A stretch of 64,000 bases of DNA from Desulfuromonadales bacterium. GTDB lineage: Bacteria > Desulfobacterota > Desulfuromonadia > Desulfuromonadales > BM103. How positions within the stretch are numbered: position 1 is the first letter of the stretch; each line of letters starts with the position of its first letter. The notes under the pieces were generated by a model, which was not told the origin of the DNA, ran no database searches, and was given only the letters and a program-made list of their open reading frames with translations. The translations under genes were made by a program, and so were the position numbers. Below, in pieces: positions 53,236 through 63,659 of this stretch. The stretch covers positions 57,285 through 121,284 of the forward strand of contig JAQYVY010000002.1 of NCBI GenBank assembly GCA_030145195.1. The letters run 5' to 3'.

Positions 53236-55628
53236 CAGTGCCGCAACTCCACAACTGTCACATTATCGCCCCCGGCATCAATCCCGGCGGCCTGAAAAAC
53301 TGCCACTTCATTATGGGCAGCCAGAAATTCACGAACCGCCCGCCGCAGAATGCCCTGGCCAGCACCATGAACCACCTCCAAGTTCTGTTCACCATGTAAC
53401 AGAGCCTCATCGATGAAGCGATCGAGAAGAGCCTGAGCTTCCTCGACCCGCTTACCGACCAGCACCAACCGGGGCAGAAACGCTGTCCGTGGCACCCGGT
53501 CACGAATTCTTGGGGTGGAGGATTGCGGCTGCGCATACCGACGCGGCTGAAACTGGCGTAATGCCGACATCGACTGACGCAATTTCTTGCCTCCGGCCAG
53601 CAACTCAACCCGGTCACCGTCAACACGCACGACTTCAGCCTCAACCCCCAAGGCCGGGACATAGAGCTTTTCTCTGAGCTCCACATTCTCCGGAATCTGC
53701 TCGGGGCCCTGGGCTACCGGTTGCGGTAAGGCCGCTTTCAAGGCTCGCATTTCGCCCGTCAAGGCCGCGCGATCTTTAGGCTGAATCTGACCGGCAGGGA
53801 CGCTTTTAAACAGGGTCTGCAGTTGTCTTTCTGCATCAGCCAGCAAACGGACTCCCTGTTGGCGGGTCTCTTCCAGAATCTTCTGCCGCTTGACATCAAG
53901 CTCTTCACGCTGGCTCTGACTCTGTCGTCGTTCCGTCTCCGCCTCGGATCGCAGCTGTTGCGCGCTGTTCAGCTCATCTTCAAGACTGGAGCGCAGGGTC
54001 TGCAAGCGTTCAATAATCGCCACCCCTTCACGCTCACCCTGGCCGAGGTATTCAACGGCATCGACCAGCACCTTTTCCGGCAAGCCGATCCGTCGAGCAA
54101 TGGTAAAGGCATGGCTGGCCCCTGGAATTCCATAATGCAGTCGAAAGGTCGGCTGTAAAGTCTCGGGATCAAACTCGACAGCGGCATTTTCAACCTCAGT
54201 CTCAAGCTGGGCGTAACCTTTGACCACATGCAGATGAGTCGTTGCCATAACCCGGGCACCGGCAGCCCGGAGGCTGTCAACAGCAGCCAGAGCCAGAGCC
54301 GAGCCCTCGCCGGGGTCGGTCCCGGTACCGAGTTCGTCCATCAGCACCAGAGTTCCACCATCAGCCCGTTCGAGAATCCTGCGCAACCGCAGCAAATGAC
54401 CGGAAAAAGTTGACAGGTTGTGCTCAATACTCTGTTCATCGCCGATGTCGGCCATAACCGGGGCAAACGGGAAGAGACGACTGCCCGGGGCACAGGGGAT
54501 TGGCAAGCCGGAACGCACCATCAGAATCAACAGCCCGGCGGTCTTGAGCGCCACGGTTTTGCCGCCGGTGTTCGGACCACTGATAATCAGGACACTGCAA
54601 TCCTCCGGCAGGCGCAGATCAATCGGTATCACATTGTCAGTACCCTGATCGGCACGCTGCGCCATAACCAGCAACGGATGTTTAACGTCTCGCAGATCAA
54701 GTAAGGGGACGCTCGCCAGCTCAGGGACAGTGGCATCTAGTTCGAGCCCGAGCCGGGCAATCGCCTGGCGCAGATCAAGGTGAGCCAGCACACCCTGGTT
54801 GACCACCAGCTCGGCTCTGACTTCACGAACTGACGCGGTCAGGAGAGTCAGGATTCGCTCTTCTTCACGCACAATTTTACGGAGCAAGGTCTGAACCCGG
54901 TTATTGCTTTCCAGGGCCGCAGTCGGCTCCAGATAAAGGGTTTGACCACTCGCCGAGACATCGTGTACAAAGCCTTTGAGCCGGCCGCTGTGATCAGTTC
55001 GCACCGGCAAAACGTAACGCCCATTGCGATCGGTGATCAGCGATTCCTGAAACACCCCTTGTAGCCTCTCATCATGGAGCAATTTATCCAGCAGGCGACG
55101 AACCCGATTGCGCTCCTGCTTGAGGCTGTCACGCAAGTCGGCCAGTTCAAAGGAGGCCGTATCGAGGATTTCCGCCCGAGGTCCGATACTGCGCCGGATC
55201 TCTGCGGCCAGGCCAGGCAGGGCCACTAACTTTTCGGCCAGAGGCCGCAAACAACAACAGGTTTCACTGGCGAGCAGCTGCCGACGGCAAGTTACGGCCA
55301 CCTCGGCAACGGCTTGAATCTCACGCAAAACTTCGGCCTCAAGCCGCAAACCCTCAGTGCGCAGCTGCTCCAGATAGGGCAGCAGATCGACACCTGAGCC
55401 CAGCGCCAACGGACCACCCTTCTGCAAAAGTTGTCCCGCCTCGGCCGCCTCAGCCAACGCCGAGCTGATCTGGTGTCGGTCCTCATAAGGTTTAAGCGCA
55501 ACCGCCAGCGCGCGACCGTACTGCGTTTGGGTGCGACCAATGACCAGCTCGACGACCTTGGCGAACTCTAGCTGAACCAAGCTGTCTGCCGTCTCTATTT
55601 GCAAAGAACCCTCGGTGGCAGCGATCAT
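53235..55628 (-). CDS. mutS2: Endonuclease MutS2 (MutS domain V plus C-terminal Smr)
   Basis: Walker A GPNTGGKT, DELGTGTDP, and the C-terminal Smr motif LEVVHGAGQGILR. Its stop shares one nt with the dnaG ATG (TGATG). Confidence 0.9.
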   Translation of the reverse strand: MIAATEGSLQIETADSLVQLEFAKVVELVIGRTQTQYGRALAVALKPYEDRHQISSALAEAAEAGQLLQKGGPLALGSGVDLLPYLEQLRTEGLRLEAEVLREIQAVAEVAVTCRRQLLASETCCCLRPLAEKLVALPGLAAEIRRSIGPRAEILDTASFELADLRDSLKQERNRVRRLLDKLLHDERLQGVFQESLITDRNGRYVLPVRTDHSGRLKGFVHDVSASGQTLYLEPTAALESNNRVQTLLRKIVREEERILTLLTASVREVRAELVVNQGVLAHLDLRQAIARLGLELDATVPELASVPLLDLRDVKHPLLVMAQRADQGTDNVIPIDLRLPEDCSVLIISGPNTGGKTVALKTAGLLILMVRSGLPIPCAPGSRLFPFAPVMADIGDEQSIEHNLSTFSGHLLRLRRILERADGGTLVLMDELGTGTDPGEGSALALAAVDSLRAAGARVMATTHLHVVKGYAQLETEVENAAVEFDPETLQPTFRLHYGIPGASHAFTIARRIGLPEKVLVDAVEYLGQGEREGVAIIERLQTLRSSLEDELNSAQQLRSEAETERRQSQSQREELDVKRQKILEETRQQGVRLLADAERQLQTLFKSVPAGQIQPKDRAALTGEMRALKAALPQPVAQGPEQIPENVELREKLYVPALGVEAEVVRVDGDRVELLAGGKKLRQSMSALRQFQPRRYAQPQSSTPRIRDRVPRTAFLPRLVLVGKRVEEAQALLDRFIDEALLHGEQNLEVVHGAGQGILRRAVREFLAAHNEVAVFQAAGIDAGGDNVTVVELRH

Positions 55629-56107
55629 TTCAAAATACGCCTGCTCCCCTCCAGGACCGATCCACCCAAGTTAATGAATGGCGGTGACAGATATGCACTC
55701 GTCAGCATTTTATCCAGCCCCCAGGGCAGCGGCCGCAACGACAAGGTGAAGAGCACAACCGCCAGCAGAAGCACGCCTTGACTCAAGCCAAACACGCCAC
55801 CAATCAATCGATTAAAGCCCCCGAGAAAAAGCAGTTTCATAAAACGCGACAAGAGGAAGCCAAGCAGCAGAAAAAAGGTCATGGTCGCCAAAAAGAGCGT
55901 CGTAAAGGTAATTGCCACGGCAACCTGGGTCGGCAGGTCAACCTGCTCCAGCAAGGCGTCGGCCAGAGGGCCATGATAACGAAAAGCCAGAAATGCACCA
56001 ACAAAAAGGCCTGCCAAAGAAAAGACTTCTTTGAGCAGGCCGCGCAGCAACCCCTTCAGCAAAAAGCCGCAGAGGAGAACAAGGATAGCGATATCGATGC
56101 CGTTCAT
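55625..56107 (-). CDS. cvpA: CvpA-family membrane protein
   Basis: About 160 aa with four hydrophobic helices and an N-terminus IDIAILVLLCGFLLKGLLRGLLKEV. ATGA overlap with mutS2. Confidence 0.75.
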   Translation of the reverse strand: MNGIDIAILVLLCGFLLKGLLRGLLKEVFSLAGLFVGAFLAFRYHGPLADALLEQVDLPTQVAVAITFTTLFLATMTFFLLLGFLLSRFMKLLFLGGFNRLIGGVFGLSQGVLLLAVVLFTLSLRPLPWGLDKMLTSAYLSPPFINLGGSVLEGSRRILK

Positions 56108-56129
56108 CGTTGAGACCAACTCCCCTCGT

Positions 56130-56573
56130 TCACCCCGCCAGCAGCTTACGAACCAGCTGACTGACTAACTTGCCATCAGCGCGACCGGTGGTCTGTGGTG
56201 TGACCAGCTTCATGACCGCGCCCATATCTTGCATCGAACTGGCTCCGCTTTCAGCAACCGCCTTAACAACCAACGCCTCCAGCTCCGTCTCGCTTAACTG
56301 GGTCGGCAGGAACTCCTGCAAGATAACCAGTTCCAGTTCTTCTTTTTCAGCCAGCTCTGGACGAGTGTCCCGATAGGCCTCAGCCGCTTCACGCCGTTGC
56401 TTGACCAGGGTGGAAAGAATTTTGATCACCCCAGCTTCATCAAGGTCCTGCCGCGCGGCAATTTCGGCGTTCTTCACGGCAGTACGAGCCATGCGAATCG
56501 TAGTTAAACGCAGGCTGTCCTTGGCTTTCATCGCCACCTTCATGGCGTCAAGTAATTGTTCCTGGATACTCAT
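56130..56573 (-). CDS. GatB/YqeY-domain protein
   Basis: 147 aa. MKAKDSLRLTTIRMARTAVKNAEI.., typical YqeY pattern. Confidence 0.8.
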   Translation of the reverse strand: MSIQEQLLDAMKVAMKAKDSLRLTTIRMARTAVKNAEIAARQDLDEAGVIKILSTLVKQRREAAEAYRDTRPELAEKEELELVILQEFLPTQLSETELEALVVKAVAESGASSMQDMGAVMKLVTPQTTGRADGKLVSQLVRKLLAG

Positions 56574-56628
56574 TTGCTACGATCTCCTTAAAAACTCGGA
56601 ATTACATCACAACCAAAACCGACCTGTT

Positions 56629-56735
56629 TTAACGCAAAGGCGCAAAGGGTTAAGGCAAGAGCGCAAAGGAAACCTTTGAGATTTTAGATTCACTCTTTGC
56701 GTCTTTGTCCGCTATCCTTAGCGGCATTGCGTTAT
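56629..56735. repeat. Inverted pair of the dispersed 8-nt-periodic repeat (yqeY-hisE spacer)
   Basis: Left arm TTAACGCAAAGGCGCAAAGGGTTAAGGCAAGAGCGCAAAGGAAACC. Right arm CTCTTTGCGTCTTTGTCC..GCATTGCGTTAT is its imperfect complement. Confidence 0.8.
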
Positions 56736-56785
56736 CTTTTTGCTTTAAGCCCTTAATGCTTTTCTCAACAAAACCCGACCAGGTA

Positions 56786-57112
56786 TCAACTGGTACGGCT
56801 GGCTTTTTCTTCCAGCCCGGAGAGACCGAACCGGCGCTTTAATTCTGCATAGATCCGCTCTGGAGGCAACTCATAATAGTTGAGCAGCACCAGAGTGTGG
56901 AACCAGAGGTCTGCCACTTCACTGACCACTTCATCAACTTGACCGCCCTTGCCAGCAATGGCAACCTCCGTGGCCTCTTCACCGATCTTGCCCAGAATCT
57001 TGTCGAGGCCTTTGGCGTGGAGTGACGCGACGTAAGACTTTTCCGTAGGATTCTGCTTGCGATCCTGAATCACCTGGTAAATCGCGGTCAGGATTTCATT
57101 GTCATTTTTCAT
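56786..57112 (-). CDS. hisE: Phosphoribosyl-ATP pyrophosphatase (stand-alone HisE)
   Basis: 108 aa. SYVASLHAKGLDKILGKIGEEATEVAIA and EVADLWFHTLVLL. Confidence 0.85.
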   Translation of the reverse strand: MKNDNEILTAIYQVIQDRKQNPTEKSYVASLHAKGLDKILGKIGEEATEVAIAGKGGQVDEVVSEVADLWFHTLVLLNYYELPPERIYAELKRRFGLSGLEEKASRTS

Positions 57113-57140
57113 CAGTCCAACCTCAAGTTAACCTAAAAAT

Positions 57141-57233
57141 GCCACCAAGCCGCAAAGACTAAAGAGCAAGCAATAAAACTCTAAACTTATTTGTTCATGT
57201 CTTTGTGGCGAAAATCTTCTCTTTGCGAAAACC
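57141..57233. repeat. Inverted pair of the dispersed 8-nt-periodic repeat (hisE-hisF spacer)
   Basis: Left arm GCCACCAAGCCGCAAAGACTAAAGAGCAAGC. Right arm GTCTTTGTGGCGAAAATCTTCTCTTTGCGAAAACC abuts the hisF stop. Confidence 0.75.
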
Positions 57234-58001
57234 TCAAAACCGGACCGGCACACCATGCTCACGCAGGTATTCCTTGCATTCGCCAATCGTGTATTCCCGG
57301 AAATGAAAAATGCTGGCCGCTAAAGCAGCGCTCGCGCGGCCTTCGACAAAACCCTCGCGAATGTGCTCGAGGTTGCCGACGCCACCAGAAGCAATCACCG
57401 GAATCTCGACGCGGTCGCTGACGGAGCGGGTCAGAGGAATATCGTAGCCGTCCTTGGTGCCGTCACAGTCCATCGAGGTCAACAGGATTTCACCAGCGCC
57501 ATAACCGGCCATCCGTTCGGCCCATTCCAGAGCGTTGATCCCGGTGGGGTTACGCCCACCGTGGGTGTAGACTTCCCAGGCCAGCGGCTCGCTTCCTGGA
57601 ACCCTGCGGGCGTCAATCGCGACCACAATGCACTGAGAACCAAATCTCTCCGCTGCCTCGCGCACGAATTCAGGCCGATGCACCGCCGCAGTATTAATCG
57701 AAACTTTGTCAGCGCCAGCGTTGAGCAGATTGCGGATGTCGGCGATCTCGCGCACCCCGCCACCAACAGTGAGCGGCATGAAGACACGTTCAGCGGTCTT
57801 GGCCACCACATCCAGGATAATGCTACGTTTGTCACTCGACGCGGTGATATCAAGAAAGGTCAACTCGTCGGCGCCTTGCGCACAGTAAGCCTCGGCCGCC
57901 TCCACCGGGTCACCGGCATCGCGCAGTTCGAGGAACTGCACGCCTTTAACAACGCGGCCGTCCTTGACATCTAAACAGGGGATAATTCGTTTTGTCAGCA
58001 T
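57234..58001 (-). CDS. hisF: Imidazole glycerol phosphate synthase cyclase subunit
   Basis: [30 protein letters not shown], and [23 protein letters not shown] 58001 is preferred; the track start 58028 is TTG. Confidence 0.95.
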   Translation of the reverse strand: MLTKRIIPCLDVKDGRVVKGVQFLELRDAGDPVEAAEAYCAQGADELTFLDITASSDKRSIILDVVAKTAERVFMPLTVGGGVREIADIRNLLNAGADKVSINTAAVHRPEFVREAAERFGSQCIVVAIDARRVPGSEPLAWEVYTHGGRNPTGINALEWAERMAGYGAGEILLTSMDCDGTKDGYDIPLTRSVSDRVEIPVIASGGVGNLEHIREGFVEGRASAALAASIFHFREYTIGECKEYLREHGVPVRF

Positions 58002-58010
58002 AAACCTGAT

Positions 58011-58072
58011 GGGCCACCAAGACTCCAAGACACAAAGAAAACGATTCTTAATGCCTTAGTGACTTTGTGGCC
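58011..58072. repeat. Inverted pair of the dispersed 8-nt-periodic repeat filling the hisF-hisA spacer
   Basis: GGGCCACCAAGACTCCAAGACACAAAGAAAAC .. GCCTTAGTGACTTTGTGGCC. The whole spacer is only 77 nt. Confidence 0.85.
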
Positions 58073-58078
58073 ATCTCC

Positions 58079-58807
58079 TTAAGCTTTTTTGGTTAAGGCA
58101 ACCGCTTCACGCAAATCTAGCGACCCGGTATAAATTGCCTTGCCGGTGATCACACCGGCAACACCGGAGGCTTCGATTTTCAATAGGTTGCGAATATCAT
58201 CAAGGCTCGAAACACCACCGGAGGCAATCACTGGAATCGAAATGGCCTCGGCCAGAGCTGCCGTTGCTTCAAGGTTCGGCCCCTGCATCATGCCGTCACG
58301 AGCGATATCAGTGTAGATAATCGCGGCCACGCCGAGACCTTCCATCTCGCGAGCCAGGTCTATCGCTTTTTTCTCGGTCACCTCTGCCCACCCCCGAACC
58401 GCCACCAAACCCTCCTTGGCGTCGATGCCAACGACAATCTGGCCAGGGAACCTGCGGCACGCCTCAGCCACCAGCGCCGGGTTCTCTTTGGCCACGGTCC
58501 CAAGGATAACGCGATCAATCCCGAGCCCCAGATAAGCCTCAATGGTCTCAAGGTCGCGAATGCCGCCGCCCAGTTCGGTAGGGATATCGATCGCCGCGAC
58601 GATCTGCTCGATCGCCTGTTTGTTGCACGGTACCCCGGCAAAGGCTCCATCCAGGTCGACAATATGCAGCAACTCACCGCCCTGATCCTGCCAGTATTTC
58701 GCTTGGGCACCAGGATCGTCACTATAGACCGTATCCTTTTCCATCAGCCCCTGCTCCAGCCGAACACACTTACCTTCTTTCAAATCAATCGCGGGTATGA
58801 CTATCAT
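58079..58807 (-). CDS. hisA: ProFAR isomerase
   Basis: [26 protein letters not shown] and [13 protein letters not shown]. Confidence 0.95.
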   Translation of the reverse strand: MIVIPAIDLKEGKCVRLEQGLMEKDTVYSDDPGAQAKYWQDQGGELLHIVDLDGAFAGVPCNKQAIEQIVAAIDIPTELGGGIRDLETIEAYLGLGIDRVILGTVAKENPALVAEACRRFPGQIVVGIDAKEGLVAVRGWAEVTEKKAIDLAREMEGLGVAAIIYTDIARDGMMQGPNLEATAALAEAISIPVIASGGVSSLDDIRNLLKIEASGVAGVITGKAIYTGSLDLREAVALTKKA

Positions 58808-58834
58808 TTAAAACCTTCCAAAGTTTGCAAATAA

Positions 58835-58913
58835 GCCACCAAGACACAAAGGCTCAAAGAAAAACCAAAGGCAACAGACCTCAAGGGTCTTTGTGACTTA
58901 GTGCCTTCGTGGC
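58835..58913. repeat. Inverted pair of the dispersed 8-nt-periodic repeat (hisA-hisH spacer)
   Basis: Left arm GCCACCAA GACACAAA GGCTCAAA GA... Right arm GGGTCTTTGTGACTTAGTGCCTTCGTGGC. Confidence 0.85.
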
Positions 58914-58923
58914 AATGATTCGT

Positions 58924-59547
58924 TTAAAGTTTGCCGAAGTTATCAAAAATATTCAGACCCACATCCTGGCTTTTTTCCGGATGGAACTGAGTCGCCATCA
59001 AGTTGTCGCGCCAGACCGCCGCACAGAACTCGACCTCGCCATAACGGCAGGTCGCAGCAATATCAGAGGTGTTATCTGCCGAGCAGTAGTAGGAATGCAC
59101 GAAATAAACATAGCTGCCATCAGCCGTATCCTTGAAAATCGGCGCCGCTTGCTTGAGCTGAATGTCGTTCCAGCCCATGTGCGGAACTTTGAGGCGCTCA
59201 CCGCCTTCTTCCATCCCGGCCGGGAAACGAACCACCCGCCCCGGAACCAGCCCCAGTCCCTGATGACGACCGAACTCTTCACTCTCATCAAACAACATCT
59301 GCATCCCGACACAGATCCCGAGCAACGGCTTGCCAGACGCAACATGCTGCAACAACGGCTCAACAAAACCGCCCGCCCGCAGGTTATTAATGCAATCGCG
59401 AAAAGCACCGACGCCGGGAAGAACAATCTTCTCGGTGGTCAAAAGATCCTCAGGGTTGCTGCTGACCCTGGCCTCGTAACCAAGCTTTTCGAATGCTTTC
59501 TCGACGCTGCGCAGGTTACCCATTTCATAATCGATGATTGTAATCAT
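58924..59547 (-). CDS. hisH: Imidazole glycerol phosphate synthase glutamine amidotransferase subunit
   Basis: ITIIDYEMGNLRSV, LPGVGAF, GICVGMQ (catalytic Cys) and QFHPEKS. Confidence 0.95.
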   Translation of the reverse strand: MITIIDYEMGNLRSVEKAFEKLGYEARVSSNPEDLLTTEKIVLPGVGAFRDCINNLRAGGFVEPLLQHVASGKPLLGICVGMQMLFDESEEFGRHQGLGLVPGRVVRFPAGMEEGGERLKVPHMGWNDIQLKQAAPIFKDTADGSYVYFVHSYYCSADNTSDIAATCRYGEVEFCAAVWRDNLMATQFHPEKSQDVGLNIFDNFGKL

Positions 59548-59556
59548 TCGTCGCTA

Positions 59557-60147
59557 TTACTCGAGAGTTCCTTTTGAGGAGAGGACTCCATCAACCCTGG
59601 AATCAAACTGGGTTGCTTCGTCAAGAGCCTTGCCGAACGCCTTAAAGACCGCTTCTACAATGTGGTGCAGGTTATCACCATAGGCCAGGTTGACGTGTAC
59701 ATTGGCCCCGGCATGGTTGCAGAACGCGGTGAAGAATTCCTCGACCAGTTCCAGGTCAAAGGCTCCTACCTGGGCCTTGGGCAAGGGCACGTTATAGACC
59801 AAAAACGGCCGCCCGGAAAAATCGAGAACCACTGAGGCCAAGGCTTCATGCATCGGCATGGTGCCACGACCGTAACGACGCACCCCGGTCTTGTCACCCA
59901 GCGCCTGTTTGAAGGCTTCGCCAAGGCTGATCCCAAGGTCTTCCACCGTGTGATGGGCGTCCACTTCCAGGTCACCCTTAGCACTGATCTGCAGATCGAA
60001 GAAACCGTGACGGGCGATCTGGGTCAGCATATGGTCGAAAAAAGGCACTTCGGATTCAATCTGATGTTCACCGCGACCATCCAGGTTAAGAATCAAACTG
60101 ATATTAGTCTCTTTGGTGGAGCGGTTAATCGTAGCAGTCCGTGCCAT
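59557..60147 (-). CDS. hisB: Imidazoleglycerol-phosphate dehydratase
   Basis: [21 protein letters not shown] and [16 protein letters not shown]. Confidence 0.95.
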   Translation of the reverse strand: MARTATINRSTKETNISLILNLDGRGEHQIESEVPFFDHMLTQIARHGFFDLQISAKGDLEVDAHHTVEDLGISLGEAFKQALGDKTGVRRYGRGTMPMHEALASVVLDFSGRPFLVYNVPLPKAQVGAFDLELVEEFFTAFCNHAGANVHVNLAYGDNLHHIVEAVFKAFGKALDEATQFDSRVDGVLSSKGTLE

Positions 60148-60203
60148 GGGTTCCTCCTCAAAAACGTTCTATAAAATCTCAGAATATGACGCCCACAACC
60201 AAT

Positions 60204-60295
60204 AAAGACGCAAAGCAGGACGTTTGGTTTTCTTTGCGGACTTGCCTTCAAACATTTGCGTCTTCGCCTAGAGGCGCCTACTTCTGGTGCGTTAA
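60204..60295. repeat. Copies of the dispersed 8-nt-periodic repeat (hisB-hisD spacer)
   Basis: AAAGACGCAAAGCAGGACG .. TTCTTTGCGGACTTGCC .. ATTTGCGTCTTCGCCTAGAGGCGCC .. GGTGCGTTAA, with the TTAACGCA end on the reverse strand. Confidence 0.7.
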
Positions 60296-60308
60296 ACGCT
60301 TATAGCCA

Positions 60309-61610
60309 TTATTCAGGTCTTTGCTTCAAACGAATCGAAACCGATTTGGCGTGAGCCTCCAAACCTTCAAGCTCGGCAATTTTGACAATACTCTCACCGA
60401 GCCGATTCAGCCCTTCCGCACTGAATGAGACCAGACTGGTCTTCTTGACAAAGTCCCCGGTGCCAAGCGGCGAAAAAAAGCGGGCAGTGCCACCGGTCGG
60501 CAGAGTATGATTCGGCCCGGCCAGATAGTCGCCAGCAGCTTCCGGGGTATGATGGCCAAGAAAAACCGCACCGGCATGTCGAATCTGCGGCAACAGTTCA
60601 AAGGGCTCATCAACCGCCAGCTCCAGATGCTCCGGTGCAATCCGGTTGCTGAAGGCTGCGGCTTCCGCCAGGTCGCGAGCGAGGATAATCGCACCAAACT
60701 GGTCGATTGACTGACGGGCAATCGCGGCGCGCGACAATTGCTCCAACTGAATCTCAAGCGCTTCGGCCACCTGCCGACCGAACGCTTCATCGGTGGTAAT
60801 CAAAATCGCGGCAGCCAATTCGTCGTGCTCAGCTTGAGACAACAGGTCGGCAGCAATATGAGCCGGGTTACCGCTACCGTCATTGATGATCAGGATTTCA
60901 CTCGGGCCAGCGATCATGTCGATATCGACGGTACCAAAGACCAATCGCTTGGCGGTGGCGACATAGATATTGCCGGGACCGGTGATTTTGTCCACCCGGG
61001 GAACCGTTGCCGTCCCATACGCCAGAGCGGCCACGGCCTGAGCGCCACCGATCTTGAAAATCCGATCGACTCCGGCAATATGGGCCGCAGCCAGGACATA
61101 GGGGTTGACCACCCCGTCGGGCATCGGCACCGTCATGATGATTTCACCAACCCCGGCCACCTTGGCCGGCACCGCATTCATCAACACCGACGACGGGTAA
61201 GCCGCCTTTCCGCCCGGGACATAGATACCAACCCGGTCGAGCGGGGTTACCATCTGGCCAAGCTGGATATCCGGTTCATCGTCAGAAAGCCAGGTCGCTT
61301 CCTTTTGCTTGCTATGAAAGGCCGCAATTCGCTCTGCGGCAAGTTGCAGCGTTGCCATGGTGTCGCTATCAACCGCGTCAAGGGCCTGCGCGATTTCAGC
61401 CGCAGAGACCTCCAGAGTCTCCGCCTCCAGCTTGAGCCGATCAAACCGCTCGGTATATTCACAAAGCGCCGCATCACCGCGTTCTCGCACGGCCAGTAAA
61501 ATCTCCTGAACCGTTTCGACCACTCCGGCAGGAATGGTCTCGCCACGCGCAGTGATCTGACGAAAAGTTTCAGCAAAACCGGCATCTGAAAACCGCAGAA
61601 ACCGAATCAT
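60309..61610 (-). CDS. hisD: Histidinol dehydrogenase
   Basis: 433 aa. YVPGGKAAYPSSVLMN, AGPSEILII, SQAEHD and GDYLAGPNHTLPT. Confidence 0.95.
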   Translation of the reverse strand: MIRFLRFSDAGFAETFRQITARGETIPAGVVETVQEILLAVRERGDAALCEYTERFDRLKLEAETLEVSAAEIAQALDAVDSDTMATLQLAAERIAAFHSKQKEATWLSDDEPDIQLGQMVTPLDRVGIYVPGGKAAYPSSVLMNAVPAKVAGVGEIIMTVPMPDGVVNPYVLAAAHIAGVDRIFKIGGAQAVAALAYGTATVPRVDKITGPGNIYVATAKRLVFGTVDIDMIAGPSEILIINDGSGNPAHIAADLLSQAEHDELAAAILITTDEAFGRQVAEALEIQLEQLSRAAIARQSIDQFGAIILARDLAEAAAFSNRIAPEHLELAVDEPFELLPQIRHAGAVFLGHHTPEAAGDYLAGPNHTLPTGGTARFFSPLGTGDFVKKTSLVSFSAEGLNRLGESIVKIAELEGLEAHAKSVSIRLKQRPE

Positions 61611-61635
61611 AGTTAACTCCTCTTACACCAGGGGC

Positions 61636-62298
61636 TCATTCGGAAATCCGCGGGCCCGCTTCGATAACTTTTTCCAAATCTTCGATCAACCGGGTAATGC
61701 GTCGATGCTTGGTTTTAAGACTGGCGCGGTTAACAATCAAACGACTGGTCACTTCGGCAATCGTTTCCACCTCGACCAGACCATTCTCACGCATGGTTCC
61801 ACCGGTCGACACCAGATCAACGATCCGCTCCGTCAAACCGACCAACGGCGCAAGTTCAATCGAACCGTACAGCTTGATGACTTCGACCTGAATGCCTTTG
61901 GCCGCGAAATATTTTTCTGTCATATTTGGATATTTGCTGGCCACCCGGATATTCGACCAACCGGCAGGATCATCATCCTGACGTAACTCTTTCGGCTCAG
62001 CGACCACCAGACGGCAGTAACCAAATTGCAGGTCGAGCGGTTCGTACAGATCCTTCTCCTGCTCCAGCAAAGTGTCCTTGCCAACGACCCCGATATCGGC
62101 GCAACCCTGCTCGACATACGTCGGCACGTCCTGAGAACGCACCGCCATAAAACGCAGCTTATCAGCATGATTCTCAAAGACCAGCTTGCGACCAGGATCG
62201 TCCATTTCCGGGCAGGTAATGCCAATCTTGGCAAACAGCTCCATGGAGTCCTGCATAATGCGCCCCTTGGGCAGGGCAAATGTCAGATAATCATTCAT
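61636..62298 (-). CDS. hisG: ATP phosphoribosyltransferase, short form
   Basis: LTFALPKGRI, CADIGVVGKD and DLVSTGGTMRENGL. About 220 aa from ATG 62298; the track start 62364 adds 22 unrelated residues. Confidence 0.9.
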   Translation of the reverse strand: MNDYLTFALPKGRIMQDSMELFAKIGITCPEMDDPGRKLVFENHADKLRFMAVRSQDVPTYVEQGCADIGVVGKDTLLEQEKDLYEPLDLQFGYCRLVVAEPKELRQDDDPAGWSNIRVASKYPNMTEKYFAAKGIQVEVIKLYGSIELAPLVGLTERIVDLVSTGGTMRENGLVEVETIAEVTSRLIVNRASLKTKHRRITRLIEDLEKVIEAGPRISE

Positions 62299-62405
62299 AA
62301 TTATACATCCGTGGCTCATATCCAGAGGAAAGCGGCTGGCGGCAAAAGTCAGGGTTCCCAGCAACCTGACATTCTAACCAGTCCTCAGCCCCTAGTCACT
62401 AGTTT

Positions 62406-63659
62406 TTATGTCGAAATGCGCTCGATATCCGCACCCAGACTGCGAAACTTCTCTTCCAACTTCTCGTAACCGCGATCAAGATGATAGATGCGGCTGATTT
62501 CGGTGGTGCCCTCAGCGGCCAACCCGGCAAGGACCAGACAGGCGCTGGCACGTAGATCAGTCGCCATCACCGGTGCGCCAAACAAACCAGCGCCCCCCTT
62601 GACCGCTGCCGTACGGCCTTCAATAGAGATGTCAGCACCCATCCTCTGCAGCTCACTGACATGCATGAACCGATTTTCAAAGACCGCCTCGGTAATCATG
62701 CTGGTGCCATGACCAAGGGTCATCATCGCCATAAACTGAGCCTGCATATCGGTGGGGAAGCCAGGATGCGGTTGGGTTTTGAGGTTGACTGAACGAATCT
62801 CCTCCGGGCCTTCGACCCAGAGCGTTTCCGGAGTCGCAGCAACCGTCGCCCCTGCTTCTTCGAGTTTACTGAGCAACGCCTCCAAATGTTCAGCGCAACC
62901 CCCTTTAACACCAACCCGGCCACCGGTCATCGCCGCCGCCACCAGAAAGGTCCCGGCTTCAATTCGATCCGGCATCACCTGATAATCCATCGGTGTCAGG
63001 TCGTCAACGCCTTCAATCATTATGGTGTCGGTTCCGGCACCTTCGATACAAGCACCCATCCCCTGCAAGGCCTTGGCGAGGTCAATAATTTCCGGCTCAC
63101 GCGCAGCATTCTCCAGAGTGGTGATCCCTTTGGCCAGGGTTGCGGCCATCATCAGATTCTCTGTGCCGCCGACGGTTGGAGTATCAAGGAGGATTCGAGC
63201 GCCTACAAGCCGTGAGGCACTGGCTTCAACATAACCATGCTCAAGCTTGATTTCCGCGCCCATGGCTTCAAGGCCCTTGAGATGCAGATTAATTGGCCGA
63301 GCGCCGATAGCACAGCCACCCGGCAAGCTGACCCGAGCTTTACCGTAACGGGCCAACAGCGGGCCGAGCACCAGCACCGAGGCCCGCATGGTCCGCACCA
63401 GATCATAAGGTGCCTCCATGCTGTTGATCTGCTCAGTCGTCACCTTGAGACGACCGTTGCTACTGTCAACTTCAGCGCCGAGTCCGGCCAACAGGCGCTC
63501 TGCCGTAGTAATGTCGCGCAAGCGCGGCAAGTTACCAATCAAATGCGGCCCAGGTGCCAGCAACGTCGCAAACAGCAATGGCAAAGCGGCGTTTTTGGCC
63601 CCGCTGACTGCGACTGCGCCTTCCAGTCGGCGACCGCCATGTATAATCAATTTATCCAA
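62406..63659 (-). CDS. murA: UDP-N-acetylglucosamine 1-carboxyvinyltransferase
   Basis: (M)[32 protein letters not shown] (active-site Cys) and HLDRGYE. TTG start with AGAGGAA SD. Confidence 0.95.
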   Translation of the reverse strand: MDKLIIHGGRRLEGAVAVSGAKNAALPLLFATLLAPGPHLIGNLPRLRDITTAERLLAGLGAEVDSSNGRLKVTTEQINSMEAPYDLVRTMRASVLVLGPLLARYGKARVSLPGGCAIGARPINLHLKGLEAMGAEIKLEHGYVEASASRLVGARILLDTPTVGGTENLMMAATLAKGITTLENAAREPEIIDLAKALQGMGACIEGAGTDTIMIEGVDDLTPMDYQVMPDRIEAGTFLVAAAMTGGRVGVKGGCAEHLEALLSKLEEAGATVAATPETLWVEGPEEIRSVNLKTQPHPGFPTDMQAQFMAMMTLGHGTSMITEAVFENRFMHVSELQRMGADISIEGRTAAVKGGAGLFGAPVMATDLRASACLVLAGLAAEGTTEISRIYHLDRGYEKLEEKFRSLGADIERIST

